Source: Eledone cirrhosa (Eukaryota). Taken from it: DNA of 64,000 nucleotides. Position numbers and translations under genes: made by a program. Location: positions 134,044,001 through 134,108,000 of the forward strand of contig OZ024740.1 in the NCBI GenBank assembly GCA_964016885.1, written 5' to 3'. Each line of letters opens with the position of its first letter. Within the stretch, counting starts at the first letter, position 1. Of this stretch, positions 34,945 to 48,444 are shown in pieces. Below the pieces are notes generated by a model that was not told the origin of the DNA, did no database searches, and was given only the letters and a program-made list of their open reading frames with translations.

Positions 34945-35298
34945 TAAAGAGAGAGAGAGATTTTGGTTATCTGCTGATGATCGAATCCAACCGTGACCAT
35001 CCCCACTGAAGGTTTCGTGAAATAGTCTTTTCAAGACTATACAGAGCATTTGTAGTTTCTCCAAATTGAAGGATGAGTATTTTAAACTTTATTTTTTACA
35101 TGAGTTAAGGCTCTATTGATTTTTCCCGGAATTTCACAAAATTCTGTTGGACGAATCCATATCCTGATTCTTTTTGAATTGAGTTTGAATTATTTTTCCC
35201 ACATCTTACGTTAACTATTTTCCCATTTTGACGCTATAGTCCCTTATATATTATGAAATACTGTGTGCTTCTTGCTCATAATAATTTCTATACTTTTC

Positions 35299-35346
<48 letters not shown>

Positions 35347-35387
35347 CCATGTGTGTGTGTGTGTGTGTGTGTGTGCATATATATATA

Positions 35388-35582
35388 TAGGAAAATGTTT
35401 ATCCCCGACGGCAGAGCTCAAGCCGTTTCGACGGCTATTTCTGGACGTCCAGAAATAGCCGTCGAAACGGCTTGAGCTCCGCCGTCGGGGTTAAACATTT
35501 TCCTATTACCCACTCTACTACCCTAAGTATTGAATACTCTGGTGCGTTATGGTCCATCTGGTTCCTTACTTTTCCTTCGTTA

Positions 35583-35590
<8 letters not shown>
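35388..35590. mobile_element. 118-bp loopless palindrome (35388-35505) plus about 85-nt tail, between (TA)n tracts; probable PLE-terminus fold-back
   Basis: Centre TTTCTGGAC|GTCCAGAAA, 2 mismatches; CGAAACGGC flanks the central stem. Confidence 0.6.
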
Positions 35591-35640
<50 letters not shown>

Positions 35641-35643
<3 letters not shown>

Positions 35644-35993
35644 AAGTGAGTCCTTCATCAGTGACCCTCCAACCGTCCCAGGCATTTCATCGCTTTAAGG
35701 GCCATATACCTCAGGTTGGTGCGAACAACGGCTAAAAAAAGTCGTTGGGACACGTAAATAAAGAGAACGTTAGGGTGAACAAACAAAATGGTTTAAGCAA
35801 CAGAAAGTGAGAGGAAAGAGACAAGTCCCAGATTTCTATGAATATAAACTCGATAAAATCGTGAACTAGAGAATAAAGACCATCAGACCTGGTTGAAATG
35901 TGAGCAAGGAAGGAATTTTGCACAGGTCTAACGGGAGGAAGAAGAAGGGGTCTGGTCTGCGAATTCGGTAAACATAAGTTCTGTGAAGACGCA

Positions 35994-36036
<43 letters not shown>

Positions 36037-36692
36037 AATTCATACCGGCTTGGCCAAGAGTGCGCGAGAAAAGAAATCGGACAGGTCAAGCGGGAAGAAA
36101 GAGGAGTGGAGGAGAGGTAGTGCTGCCACCCGTCTGTTTCTCTCTTTGTATCTTTACCCTTTCTAGCAGTCTCTCTCTCTGTTAGCCTCTTCCTCAACTT
36201 TCACTCACTCATACCCTGTCACTACCTCTCCTCCACTCCTCTTTCTTCCCGCTTGACCTGTCCGATTTCTTTTCTCGCGCACTCTTGGCCAAGCCGGTAT
36301 GAATTTTTTTTCTCTCTCTCTCTCTCTCTCTCTCTCGTCTGCGTCTTCACAGAACTTATGTTTACCGAATTCGCAGACCAGACCCCTTCTTCTTCCTCCC
36401 GTTAGACCTGTGCGAAATTCCTTCCTTGCTCACATTTCAACCAGGTCTGATGGTCTTTATTCTCTAGTTCACGATTTTATCGAGTTTATATTCATAGAAA
36501 TCTGGGACTTGTCTCTTTCCTCTCACTTTCTGTTGCTTAAACCATTTTGTTTGTTCACCCTAACGTTCTCTTTATTTACGTGTCCCAACGACTTTTTTTA
36601 GCCGTTGTTCGCACCAACCTGAGGTATATGGCCCTTAAAGCGATGAAATGCCTGGGACGGTTGGAGGGTCACTGATGAAGGACTCACTTTTT
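35641..36692. mobile_element. Fold-back with about 480-bp arms (35641-36122 / 36220-36692) and 97-bp spacer; PLE 3'-region relic
   Basis: Arms nearly identical apart from (GA)n length; both end in CTGATGAAGGACTCACTTTTT (hammerhead 5' core); flanked by (TA)n. Confidence 0.75.
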
Positions 36693-36730
36693 TATATGTA
36701 ACCCATTTGCAACGCCGCAGCTCCATTATT

Positions 36731-36765
<35 letters not shown>

Positions 36766-36889
36766 ATAAAGGGGATAAAAATCCCCCATAACTAATTGTG
36801 GAGTCGAAAAGGCACCGTCATACGGCGTATCTAGTGCACTTTTAAACCTAGAGGAGCCCAACCCTATCCTGGTCTGAACACAGCCAATT

Positions 36890-36990
36890 TTTTCTATAGA
36901 ATTGACCCCAGTACTGGACTGGTACTTTTTATCGACTCCTAAAGGATGAAAGGCAAAGTTGACCTTGGCAGGCTTTGAACTCAGAGCTCG
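36890..36990 (-). mobile_element. tRNA-SINE fragment
   Basis: ACTGGTACTTTTTATCGACTCCTAAAGGATGAAAGGCAAAGTTGACCTTGGCAGGCTTTGAACTCAGA is the reverse complement of the SINE core at 34590-34660. Confidence 0.8.
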
Positions 36991-38808
36991 CAAATTTGTA
37001 TTTGTATGAGTGTGTATGTGTGTGTGCTTCTGTATGTGTGTATGTATGTGTGTATGTGTAGCATTCTATATGCATATTTAGTCTGTACATATAATCATTA
37101 ATATATTAAGCCTTGTGTTTAAATGTAATTCACTGCCCCAGCATGTCATGTATATTGTGTTGTTCACGTTAAGCATTAATACAGTGCTTCGGGAAGAAAT
37201 TTACAAATGCCAAACATATTAACCTGTATATGAGGAAAGGTTTAATATAATTCTATATGGAAGGAGAAAATGTCACAATCTTTCGCACTCTAATAGCATT
37301 ACCAGTAGCTCCTGGTCTAAGACAAAATGTCGTAGGCTTTTAAAACAACCCAGCTGCTTTTCGAATAGGAAATTTAGTTCTTAATCTTCCTTTGCATAAT
37401 TTATGATGTTTGCAGATCTTTCTCATGACATTCGTAATCTATCAATGTAGAAGTGTCTTTGCAAATCTTGATAAAAAATACCATCTATTATATACTTCTA
37501 GTTAATTCTTTTTCAAGTATAACTCCACAAACGATAACATTCTACGATGATAATTCTCTATATTTGACTTTTATATGTCAAATATTTCTATAATAAACCT
37601 CTCCTCTATCTACATACCGCTCTAGTGCATTTCTTTTAAGATTACTTACTAAATCATTATTGAGGTTACAGCAGCTGCATCGATATAATTTGAATATCTT
37701 CCGTTGTCTTGGGCCCACGATCGATAATTATTTATATTTTCATATAATATTTACTATAGCATTTCCCAAGCTGCCCTTATAGAAACGTCTTTTCATAACG
37801 TTGATATTATACCAATATCTATTATATTTTAACCAATAATCGATTATTATGTTCTTTTAACTTCAACTTCGTTCTATATACCCGGATGAGGAAGTTGCTG
37901 TCTCTCGTCTTAAGAAGCAGCATATGGTATATTACACGTTTGGTGTAAATTGTCAACAGCCCTCATTTGTTTCCCTAGAATAGAAATGATTGAAAAGACA
38001 CACTTTGTGTTACCAGCTCAAAGAACTCCACTTCAATTTTCCTTGAAACTTTACATTCTGTGTTTCGATAGTACACTTAACGTTGTTGGTGTTTTTGTTG
38101 TTGTTTTTCTTAGTTCAAGATACCAGCTTCATTGATCATACGAACTATCAGTTAATATTCCCAGTTCTACATATCCAATACGATAGAGATATTATCATTT
38201 TAAATCGCCTGCACATTAGTTAGGATACCCAATTTCACTCGCCAGGCTCGAGTCAATCTGATGCTATCGTAAAGACACATTCCCCAGATTTCACGCTTCG
38301 ACTCTATGACTGAGAAGTGAAACCTTTTAACCACTCAGTCATACAAATCGTATAATTGTATAAACATTATATAAACATGAGCCAACCGAAATAATTTTCA
38401 CTCTTTATTCACCGTTATGAAGGGTTAACTAATATGCCACATGATATTTTTTGGTATGGGAAAATGGCTATGTTTACTAACCACACCTATAACATTCTCT
38501 ACTCCTTTCTAACACATCATCATTGCCTTGAGGATATTGCATTTTTTGCATGTGAACACAAACGAATACTATACATGCATGTATATGTAATGTTCGGGTG
38601 CATAGAACAGTAACTAGCCTATATGCTTAGACTGAGCCAAAATCTCAGTATCTAATCCTACCGTTGATGCCTTGATTTATCTGGAGTTACTTCTCTTGTT
38701 TTCACTAGCATTACTGTTGTGACTGTATTTAATATGTAAGTATTATAACTAGCTTTTTCATCACTTTGTCGCCATCCGCATTCACATCGTCAGCATCAGC
38801 AGCACCAA

Positions 38809-38871
<63 letters not shown>

Positions 38872-38887
38872 TAGTAGTAGTAGTAGC

Positions 38888-38919
<32 letters not shown>

Positions 38920-38924
38920 TAGCA
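38809..38924. repeat. (TAG)n grading into (CAG)n microsatellite
   Basis: Read directly. Confidence 0.95.
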
Positions 38925-41078
38925 ACTCCACCACACTACACTATGCAACGTGACATTCCTTGAAAGACGGTAAAGTGGAATTTGAGAGAGTTTTGCAGTT
39001 CACGCGAACGCGAAAATGCTCCCTCATTGGCTAATGGCTGCTGTCATCGTTTTTCTCTTTTTTTTTTAGGTTGTTAATTAGTTCATTGTTTTATGATCGC
39101 TTCAGAGGGTTGATTGATCGTGGGAGATCTATATATTCACTAGTATATATATATATATAAGAAATATGAAGCTGGTGTTGTTTTTGCTGTTGATGTTGTC
39201 TATGAGATCAGCATGATGTACGTGATGATATCTAAGTGAGATAAAATTGATAATTTATGTGTATTAAGTTTATAGAAATACGACGAATCAGTACATTTAG
39301 TAACAACTGTAACATTTAGATAGAGTCGTCGAAAAGCGATTTATGAACACACCTCGTCGCTGAAATGTATAAAATATCTCTATTTTAATAATTCACTCTA
39401 TGTATCTCTCTCCATATCACTTACTCCTTCGTTGAATGCCTTGTAATTTATCCGCCTTTTACTTTGTCGTCGTTGTTGTTGCTATTGCTTTTGTTTCTGT
39501 TGTAGCTATTGAAGCTGATGATGATGCTGTTTGTTGTTGTTGTTATTGTTGTTGTTGTTGTTGTCGTTGTTGGTGGTACTGTTGTTATTGTTGTCGTTGT
39601 TGTTGGTGATGTTGTTGTTGTTGCTGCTGCTGCTGTTGCGGTTGTCGTAACTTCTGTGGTTTTGTTTTTTGTCTACTGTCAGTGAGACAAGCAAAAATTG
39701 GAAAACTCATTCGCAATTGAGCTGTAACAGATAAAAATTAACAACGATTTTATAATGAAATATTAAATTTCAGGAATTAAAAAAGAGCTTCTGACGTCGA
39801 TATAGCCTTTTTTTTTAAGTTAAAAACAAAATACGCGATTGAAGATTTTTAATTAATAGGATTAATTTTTTTTATTTTTTATTCTCTATTATTACTTTAA
39901 TAAAGAAAGAAAGACACATTAGAAAGAAAGTTAAAAAGAAAGAAACAAAAATAAATAAAGAGATAAAGAAAGAAACAAACAAACAAACAAAGAAAGAAAA
40001 AGACAAATACATTTAAGAGTTATATATTTTTAATGGCAACCACTGAAAGAAAACAAAAACCACGAATTCTTAATAATTTGTTGTTTGTTACACTATTTTT
40101 TTTTTTTACTAGATATAGAAGCATTTAGAAAGTATGGTGACAAACAACACTATATTATTTATTTATTCTGATATTATTATGGAAATAATGAAATATTTTT
40201 TAGTTTTATCTCACCCACGATGGATGACATTGCTTAAGGAGGAAAAGGAAAATTAATTATTTTAGGTTTACAAAAGAAAAACGAAAAAACAAATAAGGCA
40301 TTGTTTCTTTTCAGTAGGCAAAAGAAAATATTTTCTAATTGGATTTTTCTATGAAGTACGAAAGGGAAACCCTAACCTAATACCTATTTACAATGTATCT
40401 CTTATTTTGAATCTACAACTGGATATCATTTTTTTTTTTCTGGGGTTGATTTAATGGTGAAAACCCCTACCCAGAAACATTTGGCTTTGTGCCTATAGTA
40501 CAAACAGATGATATCAATATTTTTTCTTTTCTTTTTTTTCCTGTTTTCTTACACAAATGACTCAATTTTTCAGATATCGGGTTACGAGTTTCTTTTTCGA
40601 GATACCAAAAACGTGTTCTATATCTCCTAAGAAAGGTTCAATAGTTTTGATCAACCGATTGATAGGTATATCAAATCTCAAACACTGGAGCTTTTCAACT
40701 CTATTTGTCACTCTAAGGAAAGCAAAAATATTAATAATTTGCTTTCAGTTTCATAGTATGTATTTATTGCGCTATAATTTGTTAATTTACTTCTTTATTT
40801 TCGTAGTTGTTGCTTCTCTGATTGAAATAAAAATTGATATTATTTTTAGGAGACTTTTCAAATCGAAAGCTTTGGCATGTGGATAATTTGTTCCAGCATG
40901 AATGTTTGCTGTACAAGAAGTTCTGTTCTTTACGATTTTTGAAAATTGCAAAATGTAATTTGCATCAAGAAATTTTATATACTTTTTTTTATTTTGTAAC
41001 TGCTAGTGTTTTCTTTCTGAGGAACCGGTAACTATGTGAAGGTCTGGGAATAACATGTACCCATCTCTAAAGAATACG

Positions 41079-41528
41079 TTCCAGTTCTAGCAAGATGGAG
41101 GATATCCTCATATCCTCAATGCGGCGTAAAAAAAATAACTTCGAAAATCATGTGATCAGTTTGAAAATTTATTTTGAGTCAGCCTTGATTTAAGAATCCT
41201 AGATTTCTTTCTATGGGGCTATCTGAAGGATAGGGTATATGGCAACAAAAGGAAAACTAAAGGAAAACATCAGGGAAAAGATCAATCATCCATATATCTG
41301 GGTGTAAAGACGTTATGCTAAACTTCAAACAAATGCATGGATTCAAGTGGGGATCTCTTGAAACATGTGCTGTTACTCGAGACAAAAACATCGGAGGATA
41401 ATGAAATTTTAATATGTTGTTGTCAATGGTTGGATCTGAATGTCTTAGAGATTCATTAGTCTTTACTTTAAAATGAATAACGTAGACACCAATAAAATAG
41501 GGCCAGTGTTATTTGAGTCACCCTGTAT
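41079..41528 (+). mobile_element. Tc1/mariner-superfamily transposon relic (transposase C-terminus plus right TIR)
   Basis: F*QDGGYPH at about 41085 and SLDLRILDFFLWGYLKDRVY at about 41181 match mariner FQQDGAP.H and SPDL.P.DF.LWG.LK..VY; ends in TTATTTGAGTCACCCTG-TA. Confidence 0.75.
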
Positions 41529-41634
41529 GTTTGTGGGCGGGAGAAAGAACGAGTGAATGAGTGTGTGCGTTGTATGTGTGTGTCTGCCTTGTCTGATTGT
41601 GTGTGTGTATTGAGTGTGTATATCTATGTGTGTG

Positions 41635-41688
<54 letters not shown>

Positions 41689-42803
41689 ATTTTTACTTAG
41701 GCTAGAACCAAATTAGCTCTGTAGGATAACAAACAACTTATCTATACTACAATGCTGTCCAATACAGCAAGGCGTTCTTTCTAGGCGTTTGCACATATTT
41801 TCACCTACCTAGAGTAGGCGATTTAAGAATGGCAATGAATCACAATACAAATACTCTGTAACATCCACGCAGCTAACTATCAAATATCCAAACTGTTAAC
41901 GAATCCTTCCTGTCCCTATATCTGCATGTGCAATGCTGTCTCTCTTTTTCACAGACACTCTTTTCTTGTCTCACTATTTCTCTGACACACTTACACACAC
42001 ATAAACATACGTGAGAAGAACAGGAGATCACACATAGACAACACCCCCAAAATAAATATAAACATTCCCACACACACAGACATACACATATGCGTGCACA
42101 CACATCGCTTTCGCCTCATATTGACGAAAACTACTTATTGAAATTATTAAGTGATGTTTCTCTCTCTTCACTTATTCTTAATCTTTTCTTCTCCCTTTCT
42201 TTGTGTGTCTATGAGTATGTGTAAAAAAGATAAGGGATAAATAATTACTCTTCAGAGACAATAAATATCTTTTCATCCCACGCACTACTGAAGCCGAGTC
42301 AGTTGCTTGACATTTCCTGTCCACAAGAATCCATAAAGGTGTGATCAGTTGTTTTTGATATTAAAGTGATAGAATTGGAATTTTGACATTCATACTTTCC
42401 TTAGAAGCTTTATCAGAAATTGAAGCTGGTCGCAGAATCCGTCTGCAGATAATTTGCCGCATACATTATGGTGCGTAAAGTGGATATGTGTAACACAAAA
42501 TGAAACAGGCAGCTTACAGGTTTATTCTTGACAACGTGGCCGGTGGAATTTTGTAACATAAGTATCTTGAAGATGCGAGATGCGTCATTGAGTATTGTAT
42601 ATACGTTCAATGAGACTAAGCCCATGTTGGGACAATACCTTGTTTTAATCGATCATATCGACCTCTGTATTTAAGTTTAGTACATGTTTTATCGATCTCT
42701 CTTGGTCGAACCACAAATTTACGAGACTTAAACATGGATACGACACACATACACATACACATACGCGCACACACACACTTATATATATATATGTATACAC
42801 ACG

Positions 42804-42877
<74 letters not shown>

Positions 42878-42988
42878 TATATATATAGATATAGATATAT
42901 ATATAGATATTTAGATATACATACATACATGAATATATATATATATATATATATATATAGATATTTAGATATACATACATACATGAAT

Positions 42989-43039
<51 letters not shown>

Positions 43040-43040
43040 T

Positions 43041-43292
43041 AATAATAATAAATTTGAAGACTAAAATCCGAAGAAGGCTCGATAAGGATAAATATATATC
43101 AAATATATAAGAACCGTAGAGCAAATATTTATTAAAATAACAGATTAAAGTTTAAGCAAAGAATCGCTGCTTTCACCCTTCATTTATCTATTCTTTCCAT
43201 GATCTCCCTCTTTATCTTTTGCCAAGAAGATCCCGCTAAGGGTGAAAGCAGCGATTCTTTGCTTAAACTTTAATCTGTTATTTTAATAAATA
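43041..43292. mobile_element. Second copy of the 34281 PLE fold-back family, opposite orientation, different loop
   Basis: Perfect arms of about 55 bp (43126-43181 / 43237-43292); tail 43041-43125 is the reverse complement of 34416-34510; embedded in (TA)n. Confidence 0.75.
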
Positions 43293-43322
43293 TATATATA
43301 TACCATCTGGCAGGAAGGTATA

Positions 43323-43363
43323 CGATGCTGACGATTGCTAATAAGCTTGAAACTAGTACATCG
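43323..43363 (+). ncRNA. Type I minimal hammerhead ribozyme in a short PLE 3' fragment (about 43303-43485)
   Basis: CGATG-CTGACGA-TTGCTAATAAGCTT-GAAA-CTAG-TA-CATCG: 5-bp stem I and palindromic CTAG stem III loop. Confidence 0.7.
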
Positions 43364-44041
43364 TTCCTGTGTCAGTGTTGAACAAAAAGGTGATGTGGTT
43401 GCCTAAACACTGTTCGGTCTAATTCTGGCTGTTTGTTTGTTTACAAACAAATCGAGCATTATAATAAATGTTCGGTAAACCGATACGTGCATACATATAT
43501 GTGTGCATGTATGTATATATATACATACTACTGTACGTCTGTATACATATATGTATGTACGTATACATACATACTTACATTTAAATAACTGCCGTACTAA
43601 GAGTGAGAAATGAAATTTCGTTTCATTCTATTCCATTTATGTATATATATATATATAAAATAAATCAGGAAAGAAGAGTGACACGGTTTGCTATACAAAA
43701 AAGGTTTTTAATCTCATTGCTGACAATTGTTTCTCTGAACTGGTAAGTCTAGAGATCGCTATCCGCTTATGTTCACGTTAATCGATCGCCAATACAAAGT
43801 TATAACCAATCAGTTCATCGGAGCTTGCGTGAATGAAGAGAATATACAGGCATGAAAAGAATATACAGTCTACTATAAGCAGTAGTAATGGCATTCAATT
43901 AGAACAATAACAACAATATCAACAATGCTAGCAATAAATTATTTGAAATAATCACAACATCAATCTAGGTGGGAAGTATAGTATATCTATGATTTTAGCG
44001 TGTAAAACTAGCTGACATGAGGCAGATGTATAAAATTGACT

Positions 44042-46193
44042 ATGATAAGTGAAACTAAATTCAAAAAAAGAACACATCACAGCAAATTGCAAAATGGCAT
44101 CAATACACTACTAAAAAAACTAAAAGGCACTAACGGTATCATAGTAAAAGCAGACAAAACATCAAACGTATACTCTATGGACCTTAACACATACAATAAT
44201 TTTATCCAGCGTGAACTACATAAAAAATACAAAAAAAACAAATGAATCTACACTCACCAGCATTAACGTGGAGGGCCTCAGGATAGTAAATAAACTCGGA
44301 ATTCCCGATAGGACCGAGCCTCTAACCCCATGCAACCCCACGTTTAACCTGAAGGATCACAAAAAATAATTTTGAGACAAACCCTACTATTAGATTAATA
44401 TGCCCATCCAAGTCAGACATAGGCAAAATTAGCAAGAACATTCTAGATAGGGTAATCGCACAAATAAAGGGTAAACTAGAAATCAATTTATGGAGTAACA
44501 CTAACGAGGCGATTGAATGGTTCAATAAAATACAAAATAGGGAGACGTGTAACTTCATACAATTTGATATAGACGACTACTATGCATCCATATCCCCAGC
44601 CACCCTAGATAAAGCGCTTATATTTGCCCAAAATAACTCCGATCTTACCCCTGAGGAAATTGAAATTATAATAGCGGCTAGAAGGACTATCATAAAATTT
44701 GAAAATAGCTACTGGGTAAGAAGAGATAGGATAAACAGCTTCGATATAACAATGGGATCAAATGACTCTGCGCAAATCACTGACATCGTGGGGCTATTCA
44801 TAACACACAACCTACATAAGGAATTCAGTAACCTCCAAGGAGGGATTTATAGAGACGACACATAGCTAAGAACTTAAACAACCAGAGCATGGAAAGGTTA
44901 AGAAAAAACATTAGAACATTCTTCAAAAAACTAGGCCTAAGTATTACCTACGAACTGAACCATAAGAACGTAAACTTTCTAGATGTGACTCTAAATCTAA
45001 ATACGGGATTAATAGAACCTTTCCACAAAAATAATGAAAATCTAGCCTACATTAGTTATAACTCAAACCACCCCAAATCCATAATCAGATCCATAGCACG
45101 TAGTATATCCCTTAGAATATCCCGCTTATCCTCAAACCTAGAAATCTTTAACGAACATGCTAACTATTATAACGCAGCACTACATAGGGCCGGACATAAA
45201 GATAAACTGCAGTATATAGCGAATAAAGACAACTTAAACAAACCTAATAGCAACTATACCAACCGCTCACACAAAAATGGAGGTAACTGGACTAGACATA
45301 GTGTTAGGCACGTAGCACCTAGAGTGAACGGTCAAAACACTAATAACGTAAACCCTAGAAACAATAGAAGAATCAGAGAAAGAAAATACCTATGGTTCAA
45401 CCCAATCTTCAACTCCTCTGTAAAAGCCAGACTGCCTTCTACATTCTTTAAACTAATAGATAAACACTTCCCTATTTCACATAGATATCATAAAATACTC
45501 AATAGAAATACTATAAAACTCTCATACTCTACGGCAGCAAATATAGAATGGCACATACGCAAGATCAACCACAGAAATATCTCTAGGGAATCAGCCCCAC
45601 CTATGCGCAACATTGCACCAAATTATAAGCATAAACACATCACAGTATCACAACCGCAAGCACATACAAGCGCGCAGCAGCAAAACCCCAACGGGCATGA
45701 ATCACAACCCACTTATAGCAGAGTACTAAACAGCAGTGTAGAAGTTGCACGAAATAACACCTCAAACTGTAACTGTCACCTACCGGATAGGTGCCCATTG
45801 GCGAATAGATGCCTCGATTCGAGCCTAGTGTACATGTGTACGGTCAACTCAGACAACTCCACTTGGCATTACATTGGATCCACCGCGGGTACTTTTAAAA
45901 AAAGATGGTATGTGCACAGGAACTCGATGAAAAGTCGTGCACTTATGGGTTCTACAACCCTCGCCAAAAAAATATGGGAACTGAAGGACAGCAACACTAG
46001 CTACAGTATCAACTGGTCGAGGTTGTCGGCCGCAAAGACCTACGGTATCGGTATGTCCCACTGTAGGCTATGTGATCTAGAACTACTGTATATCCTTAGA
46101 AATGTAAAAAGGCTACTTAACAACAAGTTAGAAAGATCTATCTTCTGCAGACACAGGATCGCTACTAAATTCATAAGATTTAAACCTCCATGA
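44042..46193 (+). pseudogene. PLE reverse transcriptase plus GIY-YIG endonuclease, frameshifted
   Basis: ADKTSN, LKDHK, FIQFDIDDYYASI, FDITMGS, GIYRDD, NFLDVTL, SNHP; endonuclease CNC..CPL..CL, LVY..YIGST..FKKRW..H, CRLCDLE..LLN..CRH; frameshifts near 44235, 44365 and 44860. Confidence 0.88.
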
Positions 46194-46495
46194 ATCGAAC
46201 CGACGTAACATAGCTTTCAACTAGGATACCCACTACTCTGCACGAATCACCACAGAAATATAATCATTAAGTACATTCTAGCCTTCTTAGTTCTATACCA
46301 CACTAATGTCTGTAAGTACCTCATCAACCCATAAACTTATCTCTTCTCAGCTGCTGCCAGCACTTGATCCTAAATCCAAGAACATTTCAAAACACTACTA
46401 CAACAGAACTTTACCTTCTTCTTGCTATAGTCAGCATGTTTTCTCTTTGTATGTATGTATGTGTGTGTGTGTGTATATATATATGTTTGTGTGCA

Positions 46496-46550
<55 letters not shown>

Positions 46551-47026
46551 TGCCTCCTTAACCTCTGTATTAACTTGCCCATTATTTAGCTTTGTTGGTG
46601 TTGTCTTATACATATTTGTTGTTGATGATGTGAAAGCTAGACAGCCCTCTCATCTAATATAGACCACACAAACTCCACTACAGTGATAAATCCTTCATCG
46701 GTCAGATAAAAACCGACTATTACGGCCACCTGACCTACATTGTTTAAAAACACCAGCTTACCTTTACACTTGATATAATACACCCTACGACAGTTTTTAC
46801 ATGTCAATTTTATACATCTGCCTCATGTCAGCTAGTTTTACACGCTAAAATCATAGATATATTATACTTCCCACCTAGATTGATGTTGCGATTATTTCAA
46901 ATAATTTATTGCTAGCATTGTTGATATTGTTGTTATTGTTCTAACTGAATGCCATTACTACTGCTTATAGCAGACTGTATATTCTTTTCATGCATATTTT
47001 CATGTATATTCTCTTCATTCTCGCAA

Positions 47027-47132
47027 GCTCTGATGAACTGACTGGTTATAACTTTGTATTGGCGATCGAGTAGCGTGAAAATAAGCGGATAGCGATCTCT
47101 AGACCTACCAATTCAGAGAAGCAATTGTCAGC
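47027..47132 (+). ncRNA. Hammerhead ribozyme with extended stem II (mirror copy 43719-43824, minus strand)
   Basis: GCT-CTGATGA-ACTG...CAGA-GAA(A/G)C-AATT-GTC-AGC; each copy has one different core mutation, and the consensus is intact. Confidence 0.65.
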
Positions 47133-47358
47133 AATGAGATTAAAAACCTTTTTTGTATAGCAAACCGTGTCACTCTTCTTTCCTCATTTATTATTACTCC
47201 AAGTGTTTACAACATAGGAATTACAGCGTACTCGCAGCATCACTATGGAAACGCCTTTTTGAGTCAAACTTAGCCAAGCGTTGATATCATCCACTACCCG
47301 GAGTACCATAACTGGACTACACCTAAGTGGACTGCATATAACAATCATTTGTTACCCC

Positions 47359-47406
<48 letters not shown>

Positions 47407-48340
47407 CATTTAAGTTGAAACTGCAATAGGACAGACACCAGACGAATTATTTGAGGCACTCCCAACTCACTCGATGATGCGCGAGAAATGAATACATTTT
47501 CCATCAAGTTTTATAAGGGAGACGCTATGAGCTATACATCGACTTAATGTGTGTAGCCATAGTATATAACAACAACGAAGAATACCAACAAGGAAAATAA
47601 TTTATCACCTGCACCAATTAAGTTTTACACTGCCCCTAGATTAGTTAAGATTTCTAGTGCCCTTAGAGTCGCAGAGTGTATATGCAAGTCGTACGAGTAT
47701 CTAGCATTTGTTACGCGAAGCGCTTTCATCAGCAGGCATTCATTCGACATATCCGACTTCGATTTTGCCACTAAGAGACTGGAAGTTACAAGAAAATAGT
47801 GGGTAGTCGTCGGCAGTGCAGTGTCACATGATCTCAAAAGTTGAAGGTCACTTGGCAAAAGATAAGGAGGGAGATCATGGAAAGAATAGATCAATGAAAT
47901 ATTCACATCAAAATTAAGCTCTCGGCTAGTTTTCATTAAAATAAACAATAAACTAATCAATCAATTATTTAAAACTAGGAGCAGGATATTAAATTAAATT
48001 CCTATATATGTTTATTGTAATGGGTTATTTCATTTATTTCATATATTAAAACAGTGAATGTATATTACTAAAAAGATTACTTCTTACAGAATGAAAATAT
48101 AAACACAAATAATAAATACAATTAGTTATTGCTAGAAACCTTATAAATATAATACACACAAATACATGATCAAAGAAAGAGAAAAAAACAGACACAAAAA
48201 ACATCAGTTAACCACAAAGTACGTCAATCGGCCAAATACCACATGACTAATACTGTTTCATTCGTATGGAATCATCAGGCATTCCATACAGATGAAACAG
48301 TTCTAGTCCTGTAGCAGCCATGTCTATATTAAATAATGAA

Positions 48341-48444
<104 letters not shown>

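Larger units (their letters stand above)
43661..47190 (+). mobile_element. Penelope-like retroelement (Naiad-like), 5'-truncated, with an inverted pLTR copy at its 5' end (43661-44040 vs 46803-47190)
   Basis: Inverted arms of about 380 bp with hammerhead; RT-endonuclease coding region between them; (TA)n flanks. Confidence 0.88.

Noticed and set aside
37150-37800. Possible very old LINE 3' fragment on the minus strand
   Set aside because: Only vague motif resemblance with many stops; cannot be supported without a search
38766-39694. Poly-Val/Ala and poly-Asn ORFs as host exons
   Set aside because: Pure trinucleotide microsatellites with no splice or domain support
44042-46193. Selenocysteine (in-frame TGA) as reported for some Naiad PLEs
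   Set aside because: The TGA at 44243 results from an A-run frameshift; Cys motifs here use normal codons
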